Origin: Vitrella brassicaformis CCMP3155
Lineage: Eukaryota; Protista; Chromerida
DNA length: 64,000 bases
Direction of reading: 5' to 3'
Assembly (NCBI GenBank): GCA_001179505.1
Contig: CDMY01000323.1
Coordinates: forward strand, 1-64,000
Shown: in pieces, positions 12,488 to 24,000 of the stretch
Position numbering within the stretch: the stretch's first letter is position 1
Layout of the letters: every line of letters starts with the position of its first letter
Made by a program: the position numbers and the translations under genes
The notes under the pieces: generated by a model
The model's database searches: none
Told to the model about the DNA's origin: nothing
What the model saw: the letters and a program-made list of their open reading frames with translations, nothing else

Positions 12488-13318
12488 CTAGACAGCTGAG
12501 AAGGAAGGGGCACTGCGATTGTTGCTGGGAAAAGAAGGAGGGGGGAGGGAAGGGGGAAGATAGCTCGCAATGGCGATCGGATCCGCGGCGCAGAATCCAT
12601 CATCTCACACGAATCCCGACGAGCCTGCGATCGCAGGCTCCCTCATAAATACCCAACAGCCCTCGTAAAGGTAAGAAGCCCAAACCTCCAATGAATTCAT
12701 ACAGGCACGAAACTAACCGTCCTCTTCTCTCTGTACATGTATGTCTCTTTCGCTCTCCATATTTGTCCCATTTGAATTAGACTCTCATTGAGATATTGAG
12801 ATAGACGTAAGTCTCGTTCAAAAGAGCGTGGCTGCGGCCATACAAGCAACCGATGCATGTGCCCCGTCATTGGTCAATGCCACATGTATGCCTAGCAAGG
12901 CGGAAACATTGCCCCTTCATGAGATGACACAGAAGGCAGCCACTTGAGTGAGTGATGGACACACACATGGAGCGTCTAGAGGCTAGCGGGTACCATATAT
13001 GCACATATCGGTGACCAGCAATCGAAGCGAGACAAATAAAGACACCCATCACCCGACCTCGCCCGTCATGCCGAGCAGTGCGGGGAGCACAGATCACCCA
13101 CCTTATGGCTCCCAGGCAATGGCGTCAATGGGCACACACAGAGACTCCTCTACACGGTCTGCATGAGAGACACGAACAACAGCCGATTCGCCATGGTGTT
13201 CGCCTGGCCTGGATGACTGACTGACTGACTGACTGCTTGGCTCACTGACCGACCGTTCAAGAGATATCTGGCCTTGACGTAAGAGAGCAGCAAGAGCCGA
13301 TGCATTTCGATTCGTGGA

Positions 13319-15063
13319 TCAAAATCCATAAATATCTACTCGACGAGACGAGCATTGACAGTGGGTGAGTGCTGTGAATGTCCGCCCATTCTTCTCACCT
13401 CCGACGCATCGCACATCAGGAGGAGCAGGAAGGTCTGGCCGCCGACGAAACAGGGGGTCACAAACAGATAGTTCAGAAAAGGAAAACCTGCAGCCGCACA
13501 CACACACACACACACACACAGACAGACAGACAGACAGACAGAAAGACAGACAGAGAAAGAGAGCGATAGAGAGATGAACAAACCACAGCCACGGATGAAA
13601 CCAGCCGTTTGGGTGTGGCTGTGGCCACTCACCCCCTTTGCCCTGCTGTGTGATGGAAACCAGCACCGGCTTCACATCTGGGGAGAACAGCACCTTCCCG
13701 CCGCTCAGGTCTTCAGTAGACCGTCGCCTCATCAAGTCGTGCGGCTTCTCACTCATCAGCCGGTTGGTGGTCGACAGGGCGTCTCTGTATCTCTCCACTG
13801 TCTCTTCAATGAGACTCATCGAGCGGGATTCTGGAACAGACAGACAGACAGACAGGGATGATTGAGCATGTGTTTGCGTGTCTCCCTCCTGCCTCCATTG
13901 ATCACTGCAATGTTGTGTGTGTACGTGCCTACCCGTAGCTGCACAGCGGAGACAGTCCAATGAGTTGCCAACCAGCTCCTAGGCACTGTATGTGAAGCAG
14001 TCAAACCACAATCTCACTGCCACTCCATTGCTGTGCATGCTTACGAGTAGCCCGTCAGCATACACACCTGCATACCATACCGTCCAGGCAGCCAAAAGGG
14101 CGCACACGAGTTTCGAACGGATTTATCCTGTCCATCGACCCATCGATGGACCCACCCGTGATGTGGCAATGCGTATGGGGCACCACGGCAGAGATGGGTC
14201 TGCAAGCAACGCGCCGTAGCGAAGCTTCTTGACTATCTCGGCAAGCTCTTCCGCCGTCTTCCGTTGTGGCCAGAAGGGAAGGAATTCAGCTGTCCAAAGC
14301 GAATGGAAGTCACAGACCCATGTGCTCAATGCTCGTTGACACTCGTTTGCGGCTCTGGCGGCTCACTTGTGGCGATCGACGACGAGGCCTTCTTTTTGTT
14401 CGTCCGCCCGATCTCATCGGGGCCGGGAGGAAGCTCCAGGCTCATGGTCTTTTTGGTGGCTGCAGCTGCCGTCGCAGCTGCAACCACTTCATTATCCGCC
14501 TCCTGCACTTCTCGGCTCATAACATGAGAATCGTCCTGCCTGTCCTCGCGCGAGTGCGTGGGCGTCCCATGGCACCCATGCGGACGGGGAGAGCTTTGCA
14601 AAGCGACTGCGGCTCGCCCTTCTCCAGGCACCGAGGAAGCGCCTCCACAAGAACTGGCCTCTCTGTCCTCATCTCTTCCCGGCGCCGCCATGTGACCAGC
14701 CGCCTCAACATGATGCACTCGCCTAGCGCTGTTTGGCAAAGAGGAGCTTTCTTTGGGATCAGATGGTCCAGTGGTCACTGCGATGGACGGCTGCCGTTCG
14801 TCATCGACGTCCTCAGCGTCGGCCTCCTCATGCAGCTCGATGTCAGGTTCGAGAGGGCTGCGTCTGCCGAAAGGATAAAAGCATGCAGACCGACAGCCAC
14901 AGCCAGACATCAACGGGGTCTTTGGCGACTTTTCTCGTTGAGACTCGGAGACGGGGAACCCCCCGAAGCCCCCATGTGCATGTGACGGGAAGGACTGCGT
15001 GGCAGCTTCGCGTACTGAGGTACGGAGGCGTGAAAAAAAGGGCACGGGAACCCGCACGGACAT
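13319..15063 (-). CDS. Multi-exon hypothetical protein with low-complexity N-terminus
   Basis: 245-aa ORF 14326-15063 plus coding-like exons (AEELAEIVKKLRYGALLADP; MSLIEETVERYRDALSTTNRL; RFSFSELSVCDPLF) separated by microsatellite introns. Confidence 0.55.
13497..13555. repeat. Compound (CA)n-(GACA)n intronic microsatellite, representative of dozens in the window
   Basis: Read directly from the sequence. Confidence 0.95.
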
Positions 15064-15373
15064 GCTTCTTTGCTTGTGCGGTGCTTCTTTGCTTGTGCGG
15101 AGGTGCCTTCAAGCAAAGAAGTATAGGACTGGCACGGCCGCCGCTGCAAACACCATCTCATCAGGTTGGTACACTCATCTCGTCGGCATCTCATGGCATG
15201 CATCTTTGTAGCTAATTGTGGTGCCTGCAGGGTCATCGCTGGTGGATATCGTCATCTCTCTCTCTATCAGGTACGATCGCAGAGCAGCATGCCATCCGTG
15301 TCAGACGTCGACTAAGCTGTGACACCCCACTCATCATGACCCCCCGGCCAGCGCTCCTTCCTTCCCCTCACTC

Positions 15374-16335
15374 ATGGCACTCGCTATCAAGAGGTCCTCT
15401 CACATGGCCGTGTCGCGTCGTGGCCAGAAAAGCCACTCACTCCGCTCTCAGATCAACAGCGCCCATCACGCTGATCTGGACATGATGCTGCGGCTCGTCA
15501 CTCAGCACATCGAGGAGGCCATCAGCCGACTGGGCCTTCAAGATGTCTTGGCCTTCACTACTAGTGACCTGGTGGGCGCCTTCAAGATGGTCTACTTCCT
15601 GGAGCAGGGCAGCAGCGAGTGGCGGATCGTCAGCCAGTTCATCCGTTTGGCCGCCATTTATCAGCTCACCCCCGCCCCAGGGCTGCCTCTGCGGCTTTCG
15701 GCTGATTCTCTGCCCACAGCAATCGCCCTCCGCCAGCGTCCGCTCATGATGGTCATGTATCGCATTATCGGTCCGCAGCTGACTTATACCGGAGAAAGCA
15801 TGGCGCTGCGGGGAGCTGACGACGGGGACTTTCGGATCGGCATCGTCGGCCCTTTTCAGGTGGTGTCGTGGCGCGAGTTGCCGGCCGGGCATCGCTACCG
15901 CAACGGCTACAAGACAAGCGACCCCGTCATCCGCTGTGGAGAGTGGCTCTATCGCTCTTTTACGGCATTTCTTGTCGACTGGCTTTTTGCGTGCTAGTCT
16001 CGTCACGCGACAGTGGGGCGAGAAGCGGTCCGTTACTTGTACAATGGTGATGGGCGCTATCGGTCGCTGGCCACTGGTACATCCCCAAGCAGGAGGGCAT
16101 CACGGTGGACTGTCGGCAAGACGGTGGGGACCTGAATCGAGATGGATGTGCCCGTCGCCACGTCATTGTGAGCGGCTTCCAGCCTACAGACGCCATCGCT
16201 GCCCGGCTGACGGTGAGGGCTGGGCGCATCGATCTGATCACGACCGAGTCGTCTGCTGTTGATGCATCATTCTCCATGGATGTGCGTTTCCCCATGTCGG
16301 CGCCCCTGTGGCGCCGCGCGTTCTGCGGCGCTTGA
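15374..16335 (+). pseudogene. Disrupted copy 2 of the intronless F-box-like family
   Basis: Homology to 473-1780 continues past an in-frame TAG (15995-15997) and a 1-nt frameshift near 16079 (GGT-AC-ATC CCC AAG CAG, expected G-D-I-P-K-Q); C-terminal part is in the frame of ORF 16105-16335; N-terminal F-box region is degraded. Confidence 0.8.
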
Positions 16336-16384
16336 ATCTCGAGGGGCAGTGAGTGGTGGTGGGTGAAGAAGTGTGTGGGTGGGT

Positions 16385-16507
16385 GTGCATCGATGCGACG
16401 CGGCCTGATCGGAGCTGTCGACGGGCGTGATGATGTCCCCATACGACTGGCGAGACGTATACGTGTGTGCGCATCCATGGGTTGCTACGCCACGCCAGGT
16501 CGGGACA
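16385..16507 (+). repeat. Dispersed non-coding repeat, copy A
   Basis: gtgcatcgatgcgac..agctgtcgac..tgtccccatacgactggcgagacgtatacgtgtgtgc..atgggttgctacgccacgccaggtcgggaca closely matches 20044-20186. Confidence 0.85.
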
Positions 16508-16609
16508 AGTTTGTGCATTGCGTACAAACGCCTTGTGTCTCGCTGCAACGATACACTATCCGATAGAGCAACGAGACTCAATTAATGACGGACCCAGACC
16601 AAAGTCAGC

Positions 16610-19600
16610 ATGAGGCACAAAGCCACACAGTTATTGAGTGCATGCGAAGCGTCCTTGAGTGCCTCAACATCATGTCGCCAGTTGGCTTCCATCACAGAAG
16701 CAGCGAGGCCCTGTGACATGAAAGGCAAGCCAACTCGCTCCAGCCTCGCGGCCGATTTAGTAATTGCAACTCTGCACATGCGATATATAGTGCTTTGTTT
16801 TGTCTGTTGGGTTGAGAGACAGAGTACATCGCATCGTAGGTGTGTTGGTTCTGTACGTACAGTTCGGTGTACGTACGTGTGAGTGTATGGGACCGGCCGC
16901 CGATTGCGAGTCCTTTACCAATCACAAACACACGATCTCCCCATCAACACCCGATGAATGGAGCTCTGCTCATCCTGCATGCCTTTGTGAACAGCCTTGC
17001 CGGGGGTCTTCTCCTTCGCGAGCATCTGCACCGCCAGATTCAACATCTACACCGCCGCTCCAATTTGGCGCAGCAGCTGCAGAGGGAAAAGACGCGGACA
17101 GAGACAGCAGTGCAGACAGCCATGAGCCAGTCAAGATTCTCGTGCAGCGTTGGCGTGCCCATGCGTCTTACCCCCCTTCATCCAGCCGCGATCGCGGCTG
17201 TTTGCCGCTGAGGGCTGTCGTCATCCGTACTGTACACATCAGAATGTAACGGGCTCTAAAGCCGGTGCATCATCCTGCGCGTGGACGCGTGGCATGGAGC
17301 AGAGAGTTCAACTTGAACTTGAAGTTGCTCCGCCGTGGATCTCGAGACTGGGCCCCCAGGGAGCCCCCAGAATGATCAAAGTGCTCGAAATGCTGACCAC
17401 GGAGCTCACCGCCGTTCAACCGCAACGCGACGTTGAACTCGCCATGAAAGTCAGTGATGAACCAGCAGATCTTCTCAGCGGCGAGGCGCATGTCATTGAC
17501 CCAGAGAGCACAGGCGCCACTGGGACCAACGACGTGACCTGCGGCCTGCCTACAGAAACCTACTCAGAAGAGGGGGTTGTCTATCATGAGGACGGAGAAG
17601 AAGGCGGGAGAGCGCTGCGCAAAGAGGAGGTGGAGCTCGAAGAAAAGGTGAATGAATTCCGAGCATGCGCGGGACATGCAGCCTCCTTTCAGGAGTTCCA
17701 AACTGACTTGCGATATGAGGGAGGCTCGTTTGTTGGTGCGGTCTTCACTCCTGAGCCGTTTGGGACGACTGTAAGAAGAGTTACAAAGGTAATCATTCGC
17801 GCAATGTCGCAGTCCTTCCAGGTCTGTCACTTTCCAGGTACTCTTACTCCACCTCATTGCAGCCGTCGGCTTTGCAGTCTGTTGGGCCCTGCTGTGGCTG
17901 GCGTACTGGTCGGCGTGCGAGAAGATGACCGCGAGAGCAGCAGGGATAGTCCTTGATGTAACTCGCCGCATCACCGTTGCCCTATGCTATATCGCTATAA
18001 TACTACTTGTGGCTGAGGGCAGCGCAATTGGGGCTGTCCGCCGCTTGAGGACGACCTGGTATTTCTTCGTTCTTGGGTTTGTCCCATACGTGACTTCTGC
18101 ACTTTTCCACCACGTCGAGGCCCTGCGGAAACACCACAAATATGCGCCGCTCATGCATTACCCCATGGTGGTGCTCGTACCCCTCATGTGAGAAAAGAAT
18201 TGTAATAGTAAGCACATATTCTTTGTCGTTGTGCCTGTCCTGTCAGGGTCTTTCGCCGAGTGGCTCAAAACTCGAAGATAATCGTCAGGAAGCGGGCGCA
18301 TATTCTTAAGACATGGGGATTTTGTACTGGTCATCTGTCTTTCGTTTGCCGTACGGCTCTACTTTTTGCCACTTGCCCGGACTGCAACGACAGATAGCGA
18401 GAAGACAGGCGTCTTCTTTACTTGGCTGCTCGTGGTGTCGCCCATTGTTGCGATCCGTAAGAAATGCGGCTCGACCGATGGACACATTCGCATGTTTCCA
18501 TGCGTATTCGGCCTGTGTTTCAGTCACAGGCATCGTTCGTTCTCTGCTGGACGGCCCTGCCCTGCAAACGTCTCCAGCAATCACGTTTGTAGCGTTCGGC
18601 TTCGCACTCTTCCCAAGATTCGTCCAGGCCAAGATGGAACATATCTCCTCTCAGGTAGGTGGGCACATCGACGCTGTCCTCGCGTCAGATCCATTCCTCG
18701 TCCTTCCTGGACATGTCTCTCCTTATCAGATTCTGTGGAGCTTGATCTTTGCATCATTCGACTTCGCTACCGACCTAGCCATGCCGTATTCTATTCTCAT
18801 AAGTGGTGCCGCGAGGAGAAGTCTGATGCGATTCCTATGCAGGCCGGTACGAGATCGGCACTTCGACACTGTCACTGCTGAAGATACTCAGGAAACGCGC
18901 GATAAGCAGACGCCGGTCATGCTACTCAGCCGCCTTTCTACGACCATGACGATGAGTTTCAAGTCGGCCGGTCGCTATTCCGTGAGGTCTTTGAGCACTT
19001 TTCTGGACGTCCCCACTCAGGTTGTTCAGTTTGGTTATCACCCGATATTCCTTCGGCGTCTTAGCGATGTAAGGAAGGAAAGCGACAGACAAGAAAATCC
19101 ATTCATTCTACACTTGTTCTGCCTCCACTGCTGCAGCAAATGCATGCCTACAGCTTGACCGAGTTGACAGGGCTCATCTTCACCAACCTGTCCAACATCA
19201 CTGTCGGCCAGATCCTCTTTCCATCCGTCCGTCACCTGCTAGAGAGGCTAGTAGGTCTGGGAATCATGGTGCTGATCGAAGTCTTCTTCGAGGGTGCGCT
19301 ATACATCTTCCTCGTCCGCTCTGCCAACTTGCCCCTGATTAAGAGCACAACCGAGCCGGGCGTAATCAGGATGCACTTGCTGGCACTGGGCATCGGCGGG
19401 ACTGCTATCATCATTCGCAATGCGCCAGTCCTTGTGCTGATGCTCTTGACCGCTGCTGATGAGAACAAATATCGGTCAGTAAGCACACACGAGTTTTGTC
19501 CTTTTCATTCAACGATGTTTGAGCTCTCATGACCTGTGTGGACAATTGGTTTGATTCTCTGAGGGGAGGTCTGAAGACAGAAACACACGATTCTTTTTTT

Positions 19601-19860
19601 TCAGGCATCATCTTTTCGATGCGACATCCTTTTTTCTCAAGGCACACCGACAATTGTCGTGTCGTACATGCTCTTTGGGGGGATGGATGGAAGGATGGAC
19701 CAAGACAGGCATGTACAGACCAATTATTGACCCTCAGGATGCAAGGAAGGTCCAACCCGAAGTTTGGACCTTCGTCTACTTCCACGCCACAGACACCAAG
19801 AGGAAGCTCATACCAGTCAGCCTGTTTGTGTCAGGTATCGTTCGGTGTCAAACATACCTG
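16610..19860 (+). CDS. Multi-exon polytopic membrane protein of unknown function; boundaries uncertain
   Basis: ORFs 17150-17956, 17925-18191, 18313-19158 and 19140-19532 give an acidic N-terminal region followed by many hydrophobic segments (e.g. ITVALCYIAIILLVA, LVGLGIMVLIEVFFEGALYIFLV). Confidence 0.6.
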
Positions 19861-20043
19861 ACACACATTGATGTTAAAAGAAGGAAAATCATTTGTCCGC
19901 ATACGTTTCAAAGTAATGTCAAAAGAGTGCCGTGCACAGAAATGCGCTTTTAAAATTGCCGCCCCCAACGTACAGGAGGCGGTCGGAGGGTATAGACAGA
20001 CAGACGGCGGTCAAGCTGCGCCCCTCTGGTACGCAGTCAGTAA

Positions 20044-20186
20044 GTGCATCGATGCGACCAGCTGTCGACTGGCCCACCCCCTGGCGACTGGCGTGATTGA
20101 TGGGTACTTGCTGGGGGTGTCCTCATACGACTGGCGAGACGCATACGTGTGTGCAATGGGTTGCTACGCCACGCCAAGTCGGGACA
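20044..20186 (+). repeat. Dispersed non-coding repeat, copy B
   Basis: See copy A at 16385-16507. Confidence 0.85.
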
Positions 20187-21076
20187 TTTCATCCGAACCG
20201 TGTTTTGGCGAAGGCTATCGAGATTTCACAGAGACGAGAATGCTAATCCATACCTGTGCATGTCTGTCTGACCCTGAGCTCTCGAGAGGCCACTGTCTCA
20301 GAGGCCTTCGGTGTGCACTGATTCATTGACTGCAGAGGTCGTGTTGTTTTGACCGGCAGCCGCACAGCCCGTCTGTCTTGTCTGACGTGTGTGTTTCCTG
20401 CGCTGGCATGGGTGTGTAACTCTCTTCTGACACATCTGATTCGCAGAGCGAAGCGTGCACACGATTGTCGCCTACGAGATGCAGCCTGACTGCCTGAAAT
20501 GGATAGAGACGGACAGACAAGCAGACCCTAATGTTGATGCTGATGCTGTTTTGCTGTGATGATGATTCACACTAAGTTCAAGTGTTGCACTCTCTCCCTC
20601 TGCCACTCGCACGCACCGCATCACCAAGTTGTCACTGGCAGTGTGCGCACTTCGCTGTCCTCGACCCACTCACAATGCACCCACACACCCGCCACACGCC
20701 CCTTCTGTCTACCTGCCTGCCTGCCACACTACAAAGCTCTGCATGTACACCGTGAGATGACCGAACCAGTCATACGACGCCGCCAAAAAAAGTGGCGTTT
20801 GTATGTCCATCGCCATGCGCTTACATGTGCACCACATCGAGGACCCGACACAGCACTATGCTGCAGCCAGGGAGACAGAGACGCGTCGATTACACGACGA
20901 ATACACGTCGTGTACGGTCCGCCACTTTGATGCGTGCAGACTTGACAAACAGATCGGGTGTATTCATTGCCCCATATCACTCACCCCCAGCACACAAGGC
21001 ACCCCAATAGGATGGATACGGTACAGCTACTACGGTACACACGTCGACTACGACGCTTCTGCCACATACATCATCA

Positions 21077-24000
21077 TCAGTCGTCACTGTTGGCCCCACC
21101 CGGTGGATAGACGCCGCTGGACGGACCACAGCCGGCCTCGGCTGACGTTGACGCGGCCACGCTGTCGTTCTCATCACTGCTCAGCCGATGCCAATCGACA
21201 CGAATGAGCTGGCAGGGGGGCGTCAGGGCGATGGCATCAAGATCGCTCTGCAGCCGCGATTGGGTCGAATCGACGGGCGACGATGCGCCGCTCATCGGCA
21301 CGTCCTCTGCTGCATCGCCACGTGGCGTCTCCACCACAGTAGGTGCGAGGCTCGCAAGGACCTCCGGAATGGCATCCTGCAGGCAGCACAACAAACAGCA
21401 CAGGTGAGTATAAGCACAGACACAGACAAGCACTCTCTGACCGGTGGGCTGCCCGCCTCGATGAGTGTCCGTTTGGCCTTGCGGAACGCTTCATACAGCC
21501 CCCGCCAGCCGTCAGTGTGATGCTGGTGGTCCGTCGGTGCCTCAGTGTCGGCCTTCTCGAGATCAATGCCGTCGACCATCCGCCTGAGGGCCTGTTGCTG
21601 ATGCATCTGCTCTCTCGTGACGAGTTCGTCCACCACATGGCCCAGATTGGCCTGCAGGTCGTGCAATGTGATGCCCGCAGACACGTCCGAGAGCTCTGGC
21701 TGGCCATCTGGTCCATCGCTGGACGGCTTGCCGGCCTCCAGTCGAGTCGACACTGCACAGATCACGTCACATCATTGACCACATGAGTTGGCAAGTTTGG
21801 TACGTATCATGATCCGCGCGGCAAGCTGACCTTCGCTGGATCGTTGCACGCGGAATACATTGGAGAGGTCGCTCGTCCGCATGTGCCGCAATTTCTGCCC
21901 GGCCAAAGAAACAACACCACGGACATGGGCAGGTCCTCGCTTGTTTCCTTCTTTACGGTGGCGCTGCCGTCGTCGGGTTTAGGCAGGTGGACGACCACGT
22001 GGCTTTCTCGTCGGCTGCGCGTCTCCACCCGCTTCTGCCGCAGACTCTGCACCAGGAACGCTTGGCTCCACAGAAACTCATGGCTGATCCCCCGACAGAC
22101 AGCAGAAGGCACCGACAACCCCGTCACTATTCGCTGTACTGGTGGCATATGTATGTGCCTACAAGTCGCTGGGCACATTTGTGAGTTTGAGTTTCTCTAT
22201 GGCTTCCTGCACGGCGGCCGACGTCAGCTGCATGGCCGCCACCACACGATGCACCGGCCGGCCGATATAGGGATGGCACCCCCCTGATGAATCAGAGGGG
22301 CCGTCGGCGGAGAGGGCTGCGTTGGACCAGTCATAGAAGACCTTGGGCAAAACGCGCCTTCTGTCCTCCTCTCGGTGGATGAGCCACGACACTAACGGCC
22401 CCGTCACACAACCGGATATCAAACGGGCTGAACAAACGATACACGCAGCCAGGTACCATAAACGTGAAAACTCTGTGCTCTTCTGGTGCCCACCGATGGC
22501 CTTTTTGCGATCCGTCAGTGCCGTGTATCTGTAGCCAATTTGCAGCAGACCATGCCGACAGATCTGCGCCCCCAATGTCACATAGTACGCCAGATTGGCC
22601 CCAATGACGACCACCACAAGGCTGATCGTCAGCTCCAGTGAGCTCCCCTCGGGCAGCATGACAACAAACTGCATGACGAATAGTGACAGCAGCCACACCA
22701 GCAGCCCAGGCAGCTCAGACCTATTGAGGATGTCCATGCTACCACGGTCAAACGGCCACACGATGAGTTGCAGCGCCAGACAGACAGTGGCGACCACAGT
22801 CCAGCCCAGCAGCTGCTGGCGGGGCTGCGCCGTCGCCTGTTGTGCGATAAGGAGCACCAAGACGCGCCGCATGGCCAGCACAAAGTCCCAATAGAAGAAG
22901 CCCTTGCGATACCCGACATAGAGGAAGCCCACTCGCCGTCGAGTGTGGTGGTCCTGCAGGCTCTCTCTATGCCGCCACAGAAACGTCACGCCCCACACCA
23001 CAGGGGCCAGTGTCCACACCAACAGACCGGCCACAGCAATCCACAGGAACGGGGCGTGCTCGGCCGATCGGCAGATGACATGTGAGTCGAGGTCCATTCG
23101 GGGCCGCATGTCATCCATCGGGTCAGTTTGCAGCAGACTGACACTCTCGCCGATCGCGATACGGATAACATCGTCCACATAGGGGTAAGGCCGGCATCGC
23201 AGGAGGGCCAGCATGTTCTTGGTGACCGTGGGATGAATAAGTGTGAGGATGACAACCACCATCCCTCCCCGCTTGTCGAGCCACTGCCGCCATCGGCCAC
23301 TCTTGCGGAGCTCCACCGACGAATGCTGACAGGAGGCCGGCGTCACTGGCTCGGTTCGTGAGCCCTCCTGGAACGTGACCGATCGCTGGTGAGGGCCGTG
23401 TGTGGCAGCGTTGTCTGCCTTGCCATTTGTCAAAGACGAGGGCGCTGAGAGGGCTCGGAGGTAGGTGTCGGTGGCCAATAAGGTCGACTCGTCGGACTCA
23501 ATGCGCCGCCTCGACTTGAAGGCACCACGCACTCGGCCAAAACCACTCGCTGCAGCAGCCATGATACGACAAGCCAGAAATGAACACAATGCATTGTCTT
23601 GAAAAACATGTGTATGCGTGTTTGGTTACCGATGAGGGGCACAGCAGTGAGCCAGATGAGTGGCAGAATAAGCCACATGGCGTGTCGGTACAGCACGCAC
23701 TTGTCGCCCACATATGGCCTCAGCAGACACTGATACACCTGATAGCTTTGCGCGACGCCACCGTCCCAGGCGAAGAAGCTGCCGAGCAGCGAGGATATTT
23801 GGTCGCCCCAGACGGACGACTCGTCAAACACGAGAAATGCCAAACCACACACCTGCGGACACACACAGTGACAGCAAGGAGACGATGCGGGGCGAGTGCA
23901 CGTGTGTTTCTGCATCTCTTAACGTACAGCGGTGATGTGCGAGAGTCCAATTTTGGTCAGTTGGGAGGGAACCTCAGCGCGCAGAGACGACGACGCTCTG

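Noticed and set aside
15060-15100. 19-bp tandem duplication (also 18-bp at about 26060-26100 and 27-bp at 49538-49591)
   Set aside because: Two-copy local slippage duplications with no further structure
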